A stretch of DNA of 64,000 bases. It comes from Vitreimonas sp. GTDB lineage: Bacteria; Patescibacteriota; Microgenomatia; UBA1400; PJMF01. Positions 40,717 through 50,431 of this stretch are shown piece by piece (the first letter of the stretch is position 1; the number at the start of each line of letters is the position of its first letter). Both the position numbers and the translations under genes were made by a program. The notes under the pieces are model-generated. The model searched no databases. It was not told the origin of the DNA and was given only the letters and a program-made list of their open reading frames with translations. The stretch spans positions 7,269-71,268 of the forward strand of contig DASPLQ010000012.1 in NCBI GenBank assembly GCA_035627515.1, read 5' to 3'.

Positions 40717-41052
40717 GCGTGTAACCCGTAAGCCAGATTCTGTTTTAGGTATTGATCTATCTAATGCCTGCGACAGTATCACTCACCACGCTGAGCGTGG
40801 TCGGGGACATCTCCAATCAAGTGAAGGTCGGCAGTTGCAGCGGGGAGGATTGCCCTCATGTACTTGGCGCAAGCGCCAGTACAGAGACCCAGAAGCTTGG
40901 TCGTTTCACGCGGCGCCACCCGCATCGTCACTGTGGCTCTAGCTGTCAGCGAGCTGAGCTCGCGCTCTACCTTTCGATAGACACCCTATGTCCTGCTGTC
41001 CGGACTTTCCTCCCTGAACTACGAGAGTCCAGGGCCAATACCCGGTCACACA
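40717..41052 (-). ncRNA. rnpB: RNase P RNA
   Basis: Minus strand has GAGGAAAGTCCGG near the 5' end and AACAGAATCTGGCTTA near the 3' end; terminal helix GTGTGACC/GGTTACAC; ends approximate. Confidence 0.92.
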
Positions 41053-41113
41053 TCATTACTATATCCTATAATAGTAGAATTTTCAAGCCTGGCGAAGGAT
41101 GAAACAAAGAATT

Positions 41114-42124
41114 TTACTGTTGTTGTTGGCGATACCACAAACTATACACAGTTCTAATCACAATATATGAGGGAACTGCCAACAAGGCACCTACCACACT
41201 GGCTAACTTAAAACCAATCAAAATCGTGACAATCGCAACTAATGGATTGACGTCGGCATTATCTTTCATGATTTTAGGGACAATGACGTTATTCTCAACT
41301 TGTTGAATCACGATGTAAAACAAAGCTGTACTACCAGCTAAAACCGGGCCAAAGCTAGCATAAGCTAAAATTACTGCTGGGATGGCGGCGATTGTCGGTC
41401 CTAAGTTAGGGAGGATCTCTAATAATCCAGCCAACACAGCTAACGGCAAGGCATACGGAACGTTCAAAAGATATAAGCCGATGTAAGTCAAAACGCCAAT
41501 CAATGACATCAGAATTAATTGGCCGCGCACCCATCCTCCGAGCTGATGCTCTAAAGAATTTACAAACTCCTCGGCCAATTTGATGTGGCGAGGATTGCGG
41601 GTAAACCACTGAATCTTGCGGTGAAGATATGGTCGATCAATCATTAAGTAAAATGACATCACGATCAACGTCACTGATGTAAAAATACTAGTAAAAGTGG
41701 AGGTAATAGCCGAGAAAACAACCCCAACTGAACTACCAACTCGATCAGCCAGCGCACTGAGCTCGGTTACCGTGAAACGGAAATCTGATATTTCTTGCTG
41801 CAAAAAGGGAATCTCAAAGGTCAGCAGCAAATGATATACATCTTGGGCAATTGGTGGCACAAACAAACCAATCATCACGCTCATACTGATGATGACTAAT
41901 AAATAAATCACTGCTGCACTCAAGGCTCGAGGCAAGCGCGCTCGTTTTTGTAAAAAGGTCACGGCGGGATTTAAGGCCACCATTACAATAAAAGCTAAAA
42001 AGAGCAATATTAAAATCGACCGCACATAGTACACAAAAAATAAACCTAAAATCAGTGCGAGTGAAAAAATGACAATGGAGGGTGAAACATCAACTGTATG
42101 ACGATGAGAAGAGTAACCGAACAT
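41114..42124 (-). CDS. AI-2E family transporter
   Basis: GWVRGQL, LEILPNLGP, IQQVENNVIVPKIM, GALLAVP. Confidence 0.9.
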   Translation of the reverse strand: MFGYSSHRHTVDVSPSIVIFSLALILGLFFVYYVRSILILLFLAFIVMVALNPAVTFLQKRARLPRALSAAVIYLLVIISMSVMIGLFVPPIAQDVYHLLLTFEIPFLQQEISDFRFTVTELSALADRVGSSVGVVFSAITSTFTSIFTSVTLIVMSFYLMIDRPYLHRKIQWFTRNPRHIKLAEEFVNSLEHQLGGWVRGQLILMSLIGVLTYIGLYLLNVPYALPLAVLAGLLEILPNLGPTIAAIPAVILAYASFGPVLAGSTALFYIVIQQVENNVIVPKIMKDNADVNPLVAIVTILIGFKLASVVGALLAVPSYIVIRTVYSLWYRQQQQ

Positions 42125-42157
42125 ATATTTAGTATACCAGGATTTTTTTCTTTCTGG

Positions 42158-43168
42158 CTAGAGGGCAGATGTCAAAAACTCTGACACCGTAGAATGAATT
42201 GTCGGCAAGGTTTCTGCATTACTACTCATCAACCATTTACCTTCAAAATGCTTTTTCCACCACGTTAACTGGCGTTTGGCATACTGAAACTCACGCAAAG
42301 ACCACCGTGCGATACACTCATCTTTAGACATTTCTCCTTGGAGATAGATCATAATCTCTCGCACCCCAGTACTGGAAAAAACTGGTAACTTTTGTTGTGC
42401 ATCCTCACTAATTGCGTGCAAGCGTTCTACCTCACTGATAGCTCCCGCAGCTAAGCGCTGCTCCACCCGAGCAGTAATGCGCTGTTCAATGACTTCTAAC
42501 TCATCAGTTAAACCAAATGTTAATTCATGAAAAGTGACCGGAGAAACTGATAGTGACGAAGGCTGATAATTAAGCTCAACTGGCTGAGCTACTTCCAGTT
42601 CAATTGCCCGCATCAGCCGTCGCGGATTATGACGATCAGCGTGATTCATATTTTGCAGCCGCTGAGGGTTAAGCTCAGCCAAACGATGGTGAAGTGCATC
42701 TAAGTTTAGGTCACTCAGATTTTGACGCAGCTCTTCATTAGGTGGTATCTGCAACTGCGGATCTTGATTGCGCCAGTGATGATGATAGAGTCCAGTCCCA
42801 CCCACCATAATTATCATGGCTTTACAGCTCATAACTTTATTAACTACCGACCACACTAATTCATGAAAGTGCGCCACCGACCACTCATGCGTTACAGGAA
42901 TCACCGACACACCATGAAGATAACACTTGTCATGCTCAAAGTAAGGATAGAGAAAATTCTTATCCTGACTGGTGCGAAAATCAACCGGGATATCAGCGCC
43001 AGTTATCACTTCTAAGCCTTGATAAACCTGTCGCGAATCGGCAGAAATGAGATGAACTTCGTCCACCCAGCCGTTACTAAGAGCCAGCTGTGCTATATCC
43101 AGCGCCACCTGACTTTTACCAACTGCGGTGGGACCAATCACGGAAATTAAAGGCAAAGTAGTTGTCAT
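42158..43168 (-). CDS. miaA: tRNA dimethylallyltransferase
   Basis: GPTAVGKS, ISADSRQVY, VGGTGLY, NPRRLMRAIE, YAKRQLTW. Confidence 0.93.
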   Translation of the reverse strand: MTTTLPLISVIGPTAVGKSQVALDIAQLALSNGWVDEVHLISADSRQVYQGLEVITGADIPVDFRTSQDKNFLYPYFEHDKCYLHGVSVIPVTHEWSVAHFHELVWSVVNKVMSCKAMIIMVGGTGLYHHHWRNQDPQLQIPPNEELRQNLSDLNLDALHHRLAELNPQRLQNMNHADRHNPRRLMRAIELEVAQPVELNYQPSSLSVSPVTFHELTFGLTDELEVIEQRITARVEQRLAAGAISEVERLHAISEDAQQKLPVFSSTGVREIMIYLQGEMSKDECIARWSLREFQYAKRQLTWWKKHFEGKWLMSSNAETLPTIHSTVSEFLTSAL

Positions 43169-44331
43169 TAGACGATGACGGGGCGCTGATGCAAGTTATC
43201 TTTATTAATAATTTGATCAAGGATTTCCCAACGTTCTTTCTTGATAGCGTGTGGAATGTCGTCTGGATAAATTCGCCAACTGGCAGTACCAGGGCGAGGA
43301 GAGTAGATCGCCACAAAACCGACGTGCCAGTTAATTTCTTCAGCTAACTTGACTGTTTCCTGGAACTCAGCTTCAGTCTCACCGGGAAATCCCACAATGA
43401 TATCGGTACCAATAATAATGTTAGGATCACCAGCGCGCAGTTTATTCACAATCTCAACGTAACGTTCGCGCGTGTAACCCCGATTCATCCGATAGAGTAC
43501 TTCATTACTGCCTGACTGAACTGGTAAATGGACATAGCGGTCAATCTTGGGATTGGTGACCACTTCTTCAATCAGTTCGTCATGGAAGTCCCATGGATTA
43601 CTGGTCAAAAAACGAATCTTTTTAATTTGATCAAATGATGAAATGGCGCGGACTAATTTTACAAATGGGGGCGTTTCATCGGCGCGTAAGTATTGTGATT
43701 GGTTATCAGGTAAATCCTCGCGCGTAAAATTTTTGTTTTCCATCATTAATTTGCGAAAACCAATACCGACTTTTTCCAAACCCCATGAATTAACATTCAT
43801 ACCCAGCAACGTTATTTCCTCGTAACCTTCATCAACTAACCGCTGGACTTCATCCATGATCGACTCAAAACTGCGTGACTGCTCACGACCCCGTGAGTAG
43901 GGCACAATACAAAAGGTGCAAAAAGAGTTACAGCCCGTTGAGATTGGCAGCCATGCATGTTTCTTATCTTTGCGAACCGCAGCGTTGTTAAAACCAACTT
44001 CATTTATCGGCAAAATTTCGTCCACAATTGGCAACATCTCATATAACTTGTCATGGCCGTGATGTGTCATGCAGCCAGTCAAAATAATCTTGGGCCGCGA
44101 GTGACCAAGCTCATTAAAATGAATTTTGACGTTATTTAAAAAACCTTTAGCCCGATCTTCAGCCCGTTGCCGCACCGCACACGTATTCACCACCAACTCA
44201 TCACATTTACGCCAATCATCTACTTCCAGATACCCGCGCGCAGCATAATCACCGGCAATCCGCTCTGAATCACTCTTATTTGATTGGCAGCCGAAGGTGT
44301 GGATGTAGTAGGTTTTTTGTCTGGAATTCAT
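43168..44331 (-). CDS. miaB: MiaB-like radical SAM methylthiotransferase (no TRAM domain)
   Basis: TFGCQSN, NTCAVR, CNSFCTFC, HLPVQSGS, TDIIVGFPGET, YSPRPGT; adjacent to miaA. Confidence 0.88.
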   Translation of the reverse strand: MNSRQKTYYIHTFGCQSNKSDSERIAGDYAARGYLEVDDWRKCDELVVNTCAVRQRAEDRAKGFLNNVKIHFNELGHSRPKIILTGCMTHHGHDKLYEMLPIVDEILPINEVGFNNAAVRKDKKHAWLPISTGCNSFCTFCIVPYSRGREQSRSFESIMDEVQRLVDEGYEEITLLGMNVNSWGLEKVGIGFRKLMMENKNFTREDLPDNQSQYLRADETPPFVKLVRAISSFDQIKKIRFLTSNPWDFHDELIEEVVTNPKIDRYVHLPVQSGSNEVLYRMNRGYTRERYVEIVNKLRAGDPNIIIGTDIIVGFPGETEAEFQETVKLAEEINWHVGFVAIYSPRPGTASWRIYPDDIPHAIKKERWEILDQIINKDNLHQRPVIV

Positions 44332-44385
44332 CGCTTGTTATTGTAGCATGTAGTAGCTATTCTCGGAGTTTAGTATGATAGCAAC

Positions 44386-45060
44386 ATGCATGAAGATGAA
44401 AATCCATGGGAGCAAGCATTAAAAGGAACTAAAGCGCCTAAAATTCCCCAGCCACGTACGAACCCTGAGTGGGATCCAGCGCTTGGACAACCGGCTGCAC
44501 CCCGCACTATTTGGGATCGAGTCGCTGCTTCATTTTCTCCTGATGGTCATTTGAAGCTGACACTCGATGAGTTCCAAACTGAAGCCCAGCTTAAAGAATA
44601 CAAATATCACTCTCGCCTAGACTGGGGGTTTTGGAAAAATGTGACTGGCCAACCCGAACCCGATATTGGCTATAAACTTCATCTGAATGTGAAGCCCAGT
44701 AATGCCAAAAGCGTATCAGAATTTTTAATGGCTCATGATTATGAGCACAAATTCCTGCAGGGTGGTGAGATTGATGACGGAAAAATATTTACTGTTTATA
44801 CCGGCTCTCTGATTACCACCCAAAAAATCGCTGCAGAAATCAGTGCCAACCTAAGCACCTTACTGGAACCAGGCGTTGCTAGCGGTGAAGTTGCTTTCGA
44901 TCCTCAAAGGTTAATTGTCGGTCGCTTTTGTGGCGAGAAGCAGTACTTTCGAACTAAACGCTGTAATGAAGGCATCAATTTATTAATTGGTTCAGAAGAT
45001 CCTGCCGCCGCTCGAGCTAAAGCACAAGAACTGTACGGAAGTTATTTTGCGGGATTATAG
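44386..45060 (+). CDS. hypothetical protein with phosphothreonine-lyase-like (OspF / LanKC N-domain) motifs
   Basis: GYKLHLNV...HKF...GKIFTVY. Confidence 0.45.
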   Translation: MHEDENPWEQALKGTKAPKIPQPRTNPEWDPALGQPAAPRTIWDRVAASFSPDGHLKLTLDEFQTEAQLKEYKYHSRLDWGFWKNVTGQPEPDIGYKLHLNVKPSNAKSVSEFLMAHDYEHKFLQGGEIDDGKIFTVYTGSLITTQKIAAEISANLSTLLEPGVASGEVAFDPQRLIVGRFCGEKQYFRTKRCNEGINLLIGSEDPAAARAKAQELYGSYFAGL

Positions 45061-45078
45061 CTTGGTATAATCCACCAC

Positions 45079-46167
45079 ATGTCTTTCAAAGAAGCTACTT
45101 TAATTGGCACAGCGCAAGAAGCTGGAATTGCACAAGGAAAACACTTTTCATCAGAAATTGAGTCATTCTTCGAAATTCTGCCCAACTTAACCATTGGTAA
45201 AGAAATACGACTCAATTTTTTGCCCTATAGTTTGGTTTACCCCGTATTAAAATGGCTAACTAACCGTCACTTTATTGACACCTTGGAAAAACATGTACCA
45301 GATTCTATTGCTTATCTGCACGGGTTAGCTGAAGGTTCACATCGCGATTTTGAAGATATCCTTTTTTTCTCGTTAGCCAACGTTCTTAAAACTCGTTTAG
45401 CTTTTTTTAAAAAATCATTCAGATTGGATTACTGTTCTACGGTAGCTTTAGCCGATTTTTCTTGCCAGCCAGCTTGTTTGATTGGCAAAAACTTTGACTA
45501 TCCCTTAGACCTACAAGACTTTCTATTTATCACCAAACTCAATGTCACTGGTAAACATAAGGTGATCGGACATGGAATGATACCAACCCTCGCTTTGGCA
45601 CAAGGAGTAAATGAAAAGGGTTTAGGTATTTCACTCAATAATGCTCATGCTTTAGAAGAATCCAAAATAGGAGTGCCATTATCAATTATGGTTCAAGAGG
45701 CTCTTCTTAATTGTGCTTCAACCACCGAAGCAGTACACTTTTTTCAAAGTACACCTTTGGGCAATAGCGGCATTATCACTATTGGAGATATAGATGGTGA
45801 GCTTATCAAAATGGAGATCTCACCTTCACAGCTCAAACTCAAACGCGGCACTCGCCTAGTAGCCACCAACCATTATCAGAGCTCGAGCATGAAGAAGCTC
45901 GATGCGTATCACTCTCAACCAAGCAGCACTCAACGCTACGCCCGTTTACAACAACTTACTCATCAACCAACACTATCAATTGCAAACATGAAAAACATAC
46001 TACGTGACTGTGGAAGTAATCAAATGCCTGGGGAAAATACTATCTGCCGATTTGGCGCTATGCCCACCATTGCGTCAGCGATCATTGATTGCCATGCTAA
46101 AGAATATTGGGGCTTAATTGGATCGCCACTGACTTCCAGGTATCAAAAGTACTCATTTGACTTCTAA
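45079..46167 (+). CDS. C45-family autoproteolytic acyltransferase/hydrolase (Ntn fold)
   Basis: CST nucleophile, GKNFD, GVNEKGL, ATNHY, STQRY. Confidence 0.85.
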   Translation: MSFKEATLIGTAQEAGIAQGKHFSSEIESFFEILPNLTIGKEIRLNFLPYSLVYPVLKWLTNRHFIDTLEKHVPDSIAYLHGLAEGSHRDFEDILFFSLANVLKTRLAFFKKSFRLDYCSTVALADFSCQPACLIGKNFDYPLDLQDFLFITKLNVTGKHKVIGHGMIPTLALAQGVNEKGLGISLNNAHALEESKIGVPLSIMVQEALLNCASTTEAVHFFQSTPLGNSGIITIGDIDGELIKMEISPSQLKLKRGTRLVATNHYQSSSMKKLDAYHSQPSSTQRYARLQQLTHQPTLSIANMKNILRDCGSNQMPGENTICRFGAMPTIASAIIDCHAKEYWGLIGSPLTSRYQKYSFDF

Positions 46168-46201
46168 ACTAGAGTAGTCACACCTTCACTCATAACCCCT
46201 C

Positions 46202-46305
46202 ATTTTCGAGGTGCCACTTTAGTGCTTTTTTATGCACCATTTGGTGCCATTTTGGTGTATGCCTAAATTAGTTCGGTAAAAGAGAATGCCTTTACAGGAG
46301 TAACT
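46202..46305. repeat. dispersed intergenic element, copy A
   Basis: 46202-46269 matches the reverse complement of 58882-58949 at 51/68 ungapped positions (hand count). Confidence 0.75.
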
Positions 46306-46351
46306 TTGAGACTCACCCACGCACAACAAAATGACAGCCTTAAAGGGAACC

Positions 46352-48346
46352 TTAATTCCGCGGCCCATTGCCGTTCTGCACACCTCTTCCAGGATTAAGT
46401 GATGGCAACGGTGGCGGTGTCAAACGTGGTGCCAAACTTGGCGACGGGGTAGGCCGCAGAGAAGGTGAAGGACTCGGTGATGGCACCATTAACAACGGTG
46501 AAGCGGTAGGGGAAGCAAGTGGTTCATCTTCCACCTGACTCACTGATCGGGGGTAGTAATTTAAATCAATATCCACAAATGGATATTTATATTCATATAA
46601 TAATTTATACTCTTGATCATAGAGATTAATGCCATATTGATCTTGGTAGGCGTCAATTTCGGTGACTAACTGGTCAACACGATCGAATAGTGCCTGATTG
46701 TCATTAATAAATTCGTAGGCTTTTTTCTCACTGAGAATGCTGGATTGCCACGCCCGTTGCCGTTTCAATGACTCAGGAACGGTAAAGTCAGTAGAAGATT
46801 CATATAAATTGTCGGCCTGCATCACTTGCTGGACTTGAGCAAGCGTTCCGTATTTTTTAAATAAAGCATCACGTTTTTCTTGCAGGGCAATCAAGGATAA
46901 TTTAGCCTTAGCCAAACTCTCTTTTTGACCATCAGTCAAAGTTGACTCCGTTTTGAAACGATTAAAAACTTCTTCAGCGGCACCCACTGATGGTTCCCAC
47001 GCTACGCGACCATCTTCGGACAAGCTATTAATGTAAAAATAATCTTTACTGTTATCACGAGGTGGCTGAGCAGTTGCCACAATGTGATCGACATTAACAA
47101 CGTTTAAAAGCAAGACCACCACGGAACTCGCCACTACCATACCTGCCAGCAATCGACGTTCACTCATTTTTCGCCAGACTGCAAACACGAGTAATAAAGC
47201 CAGTATCACTGCTAACCACATCAGGAAAATCCCACCCACAATTCTGACCCGTGTTAAGCCATAGGCTTCCACATACAGTAAGTCGCGTTGGACAGCTGAG
47301 CCTAAGACTAAAAATAACTCACCCACCAACACTGCTGACAGCACTTGTAGTTGTGTAATTTGAGAAGCTAGCGACAAAATGCGTTGTTTGACAGTGACTA
47401 CATAGACTAACAATGCCCCAAAGAAAGTAGCCATCAATAATTCTTGAAAACCTTTGCGCACGTATTCTGAGTAGGTTAAGCCAATCACCGGTAAGTCAGT
47501 ATGACTGCCAAATAGATATTTAGCTTGCACAAATAAAAACACACCAAATACCACCACCACACCCACCATCGGGGCCAATAAATCGCCGAAGGAGAAAAAC
47601 TTTAGCTGAATTTCATCATCACTCGTTTTGTGACGAATCGTTAACAAAACACTTGCTAAAACGGCAATGATGACAGAGACCAGCACCCGTCCAATAGCCT
47701 CATCTTTAATCCGCTCGATTAACTGTGCAAAGATGGGATCGGCACTGGATAAAACATTGGCAAAAAAGGCCACAATGATTAAGGTGATAAATGTCCGTTT
47801 GATAATCGTGACCATAGTGATTTTATTAGCGAGCTCTGGTCGTTGTGACTGCTTCAAAAGTAACCCAAACTGTCCGAAACTATGAGGGATTAATCTCAGC
47901 CCATGTTTAAATAACCACAAGCCCTGCCACTTCACTTGATCGAGAACAAAAAAGAGAATCATCGTCAATAACACTAAGATGGTGACAGTGCTGTCTACCG
48001 ACTGCACAAAGCCATTGGCACGCATCCCAATGCCCAAGCCCGCAATGACACTCATCCCCATCAGCATCCACCACATTGGGAAGCGTTGTTCCCGGCGATA
48101 CAACAAAGCCCAAGCAGTTAAGACGGCAAGGTTGAATAAGCCCGTCCCCACGCCATAGTTAACGTCATAGGCAAATAAATTAAAACCGACAACAACAATC
48201 ACTAGTGCCCAGGTAAAGTAGCGAGGAAAAACCACTTTTTCTACTACCGGAGGCGGTGTTTTGGCGTTGACTTCGCCAGCTGGGCGATTGCCAAACATTA
48301 AATACATGATGTAACCAAAGATGAGTAAGATAACGATCGTTGCCAT
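46352..48346 (-). CDS. DUF4153/DUF4173-like membrane protein with Pro-rich tail
   Basis: SADPIF, TYSEYVRKGFQEL, YVEAYGLTRVR; multi-TM. Confidence 0.75.
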   Translation of the reverse strand: MATIVILLIFGYIMYLMFGNRPAGEVNAKTPPPVVEKVVFPRYFTWALVIVVVGFNLFAYDVNYGVGTGLFNLAVLTAWALLYRREQRFPMWWMLMGMSVIAGLGIGMRANGFVQSVDSTVTILVLLTMILFFVLDQVKWQGLWLFKHGLRLIPHSFGQFGLLLKQSQRPELANKITMVTIIKRTFITLIIVAFFANVLSSADPIFAQLIERIKDEAIGRVLVSVIIAVLASVLLTIRHKTSDDEIQLKFFSFGDLLAPMVGVVVVFGVFLFVQAKYLFGSHTDLPVIGLTYSEYVRKGFQELLMATFFGALLVYVVTVKQRILSLASQITQLQVLSAVLVGELFLVLGSAVQRDLLYVEAYGLTRVRIVGGIFLMWLAVILALLLVFAVWRKMSERRLLAGMVVASSVVVLLLNVVNVDHIVATAQPPRDNSKDYFYINSLSEDGRVAWEPSVGAAEEVFNRFKTESTLTDGQKESLAKAKLSLIALQEKRDALFKKYGTLAQVQQVMQADNLYESSTDFTVPESLKRQRAWQSSILSEKKAYEFINDNQALFDRVDQLVTEIDAYQDQYGINLYDQEYKLLYEYKYPFVDIDLNYYPRSVSQVEDEPLASPTASPLLMVPSPSPSPSLRPTPSPSLAPRLTPPPLPSLNPGRGVQNGNGPRN

Positions 48347-48354
48347 AATGATTC

Positions 48355-49350
48355 TTATTTACTTTTTTTAGTAGTTTTAGTAACGGCTTTTTTATGAGTA
48401 GTTCGGGTAGGTTCAGTGTGAGTTGCCACAGGTTTCAGTGTAGCGGTGTTACGGACCTGTGTCATGATCACTACCATCCAAATGGCGTATAAGAAAAAGT
48501 AACTCCAACCACCGATACTATAGTTGGCAGCATATTCAGCGACTAACGTGACCACAATCACTGAAGTAATCGCGTGCAAGCCCAGTTTGTAAACTTCACC
48601 AAAAGTAAGTTGTTTAGCTCTCATAAACCAAGCCGCGGCAAAGTAAACCACGATTGAGTACACGAAAATAGTCAGCATCCGCCATACCACAATCGTAGGA
48701 TACATGAAGACTAATAAAAATAAACCTAAAGCAGGCACGTACCATTTTTGTTTGATTGCAGGGAAGTTAACAATTTTGTTTTGGAGCTCATCAATCATCG
48801 TGCCATTGATAAGTAAAGGTTGCTCTGTCTCAGGCACTGGGTATGATCGGACCTCACCAGTATCGACGTCTTTCAAAAAGTACATCGTCGTAGGCGAAAC
48901 AACTGCTAATGAGTTGTGAGCGTAAAAATCTTGATTGGAAGCAATCGTGCCATCTTCCACGAAGGTGACCAAATTCATGTCTTCAGCTTCGTTAAGTGGG
49001 ATATCTTCCACATCAATATCTTTTTTGATGTCTTCGTCCATTTCTTCCGTCCACTCAGCAGGGAAAGGTATAGAGTAGGGAAGAGGCTGATTAATATCAA
49101 TCCGTTGATCGGCTACTTTCACCTCAAGATCTGAAGGATAAACGGAAAAACTTTGATTAATGGCACTGATAGCATCAAAAGCTGCCACAGGAATCATGAT
49201 TAATGCTGTCACAAAAAGTGAGAGTAACAAATGCAAAACCAAAAAATACTTCCATGAAAAACTACTTGGGGCGGCAAGCACATCATTATAATAAGAGGGT
49301 TGAGTCAAACTTTTGAAAAAGGTAATAAAGAAGGTCTTAATTTTTTGCAT
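48355..49350 (-). CDS. membrane protein (DUF1189-like)
   Basis: KSL..P.YY N-terminus, one TM, soluble loop, 3-4 C-terminal TMs. Confidence 0.55.
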   Translation of the reverse strand: MQKIKTFFITFFKSLTQPSYYNDVLAAPSSFSWKYFLVLHLLLSLFVTALIMIPVAAFDAISAINQSFSVYPSDLEVKVADQRIDINQPLPYSIPFPAEWTEEMDEDIKKDIDVEDIPLNEAEDMNLVTFVEDGTIASNQDFYAHNSLAVVSPTTMYFLKDVDTGEVRSYPVPETEQPLLINGTMIDELQNKIVNFPAIKQKWYVPALGLFLLVFMYPTIVVWRMLTIFVYSIVVYFAAAWFMRAKQLTFGEVYKLGLHAITSVIVVTLVAEYAANYSIGGWSYFFLYAIWMVVIMTQVRNTATLKPVATHTEPTRTTHKKAVTKTTKKSK

Positions 49351-49449
49351 GAATTGAGTATAACATGTGGGAATTTGGAATTTGTCTTTCAAATTACCGA
49401 TGAATTTAAAACCGATTGAAGTTATAATTGGCTTCTTAAAACTGAAAAT

Positions 49450-49519
49450 GGCACGGTACCAGAGTGGTTAATGGCTAGGTCTGCAACCCCGCTCAGCGGG
49501 GCGAATCCCCTCCGTGCCT
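49450..49519 (+). pseudogene. tRNA-Cys pseudocopy with internal palindromic replacement
   Basis: Identical to 49780..49852 except AACCTCAGTTCAGGGGTT is replaced by CCCCGCTCAGCGGGG. Confidence 0.85.
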
Positions 49520-49526
49520 CATTACA

Positions 49527-49778
49527 ATGGAATACTACGTATACATCGTTAAATCTGCAAAAGATAATGGGTATTACATAGGGTGTACTAATGATTTAGA
49601 AAGCCGGCTTGCAGAACATAATCTAGGCAGAACTAAATCGCTAAAAACTAGATTGCCCGTTAAGCTTATTTATAAAGAGGCTTACAATACAAAAAAAGAA
49701 GCCCAAACAAGAGAACGACAGATAAAAGGTTATAAAGGCGGGAACTCTTTTAAAAAGTTAATAGAAAAATATATTTAA
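49527..49778 (+). CDS. small GIY-YIG nuclease
   Basis: YYVYI...YYIGCTNDLESRLAEHN...ERQIK. Confidence 0.92.
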   Translation: MEYYVYIVKSAKDNGYYIGCTNDLESRLAEHNLGRTKSLKTRLPVKLIYKEAYNTKKEAQTRERQIKGYKGGNSFKKLIEKYI

Positions 49779-49779
49779 T

Positions 49780-49852
49780 GGCACGGTACCAGAGTGGTTA
49801 ATGGCTAGGTCTGCAAAACCTCAGTTCAGGGGTTCGAATCCCCTCCGTGCCT
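49780..49852 (+). tRNA. tRNA-Cys (GCA)
   Basis: Acceptor GGCACGG/CCGTGCC, discriminator T, anticodon loop CTGCAAA, T-arm AGGGG-TTCGAAT-CCCCT. Confidence 0.93.
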
Positions 49853-49860
49853 CAAGAGAC

Positions 49861-49910
49861 GGCTAGGTCTGCAACCCCGCTCAGCGGGGCGAATCCCCTC
49901 CGTGCCTCAA
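49861..49910 (+). repeat. 5'-truncated tRNA-Cys copy with the same palindromic replacement
   Basis: GGCTAGGTCTGCAA-CCCCGCTCAGCGGGG-CGAATCCCCTCCGTGCCTCAA. Confidence 0.85.
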
Positions 49911-49915
49911 GATAC

Positions 49916-50431
49916 TTAACTCGTAGCACCAAACAAAATAATATAATTGTCGATAAAAAGAATCCATCCTGAGCTCAGTGGTGATTTGAGAAAAGGTTGA
50001 GCTGAGTAGCCTTGACCTTCATATTTTAAATAATTTTCCTGAGTACGTATAAAACTCTTCCTCACTGGCAAAGGCACCCAGCTCTCCAATAAACTTTCAC
50101 TGACATATACTTCCTGAGATTTTAATTGGAAGCCCTTAATAAGCGGGGTGGTTGACTCTTCATAGCTCAACACTGCAGTAACAGCATAATCAGTTGGTCC
50201 GGGAACCATAGAAATTTTGCCTGGTTTTTCCTGTATCCACTTCACTTCATTAGCTTTGGGGAGTTTGGACAAGTCAAAATACTGATTAAGTATTTCCTTA
50301 TCATTTCTGACATTAATTTGACTATTCGAAACCTTTAAAGGGAAAGAAAAAACAGCTTGCAACAAAGCTAAGCCACTAACTAAAAGAATAATGATTAGTA
50401 AAAGAGCGTACTTTTTATTTTTAAATAACAT
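49916..50431 (-). CDS. hypothetical membrane-anchored/exported protein
   Basis: Basic N-terminus plus hydrophobic helix; 171 aa. Confidence 0.65.
   Translation of the reverse strand: MLFKNKKYALLLIIILLVSGLALLQAVFSFPLKVSNSQINVRNDKEILNQYFDLSKLPKANEVKWIQEKPGKISMVPGPTDYAVTAVLSYEESTTPLIKGFQLKSQEVYVSESLLESWVPLPVRKSFIRTQENYLKYEGQGYSAQPFLKSPLSSGWILFIDNYIILFGATS

Noticed and set aside
40752-41102. 116-aa plus-strand ORF
   Set aside because: Antisense to RNase P RNA; spurious
46352-46530. Pro/Ser-rich repeats (also 6170-6320 and the Lon N-terminus)
   Set aside because: Ordinary low-complexity protein linkers, not DNA repeats
49450-49910. tRNA-Cys repeats as a CRISPR array, tRNA intron or integrase att sites
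   Set aside because: Repeats are tRNA-derived with no spacer pattern or cas genes; the intact tRNA is uninterrupted; no integrase is nearby
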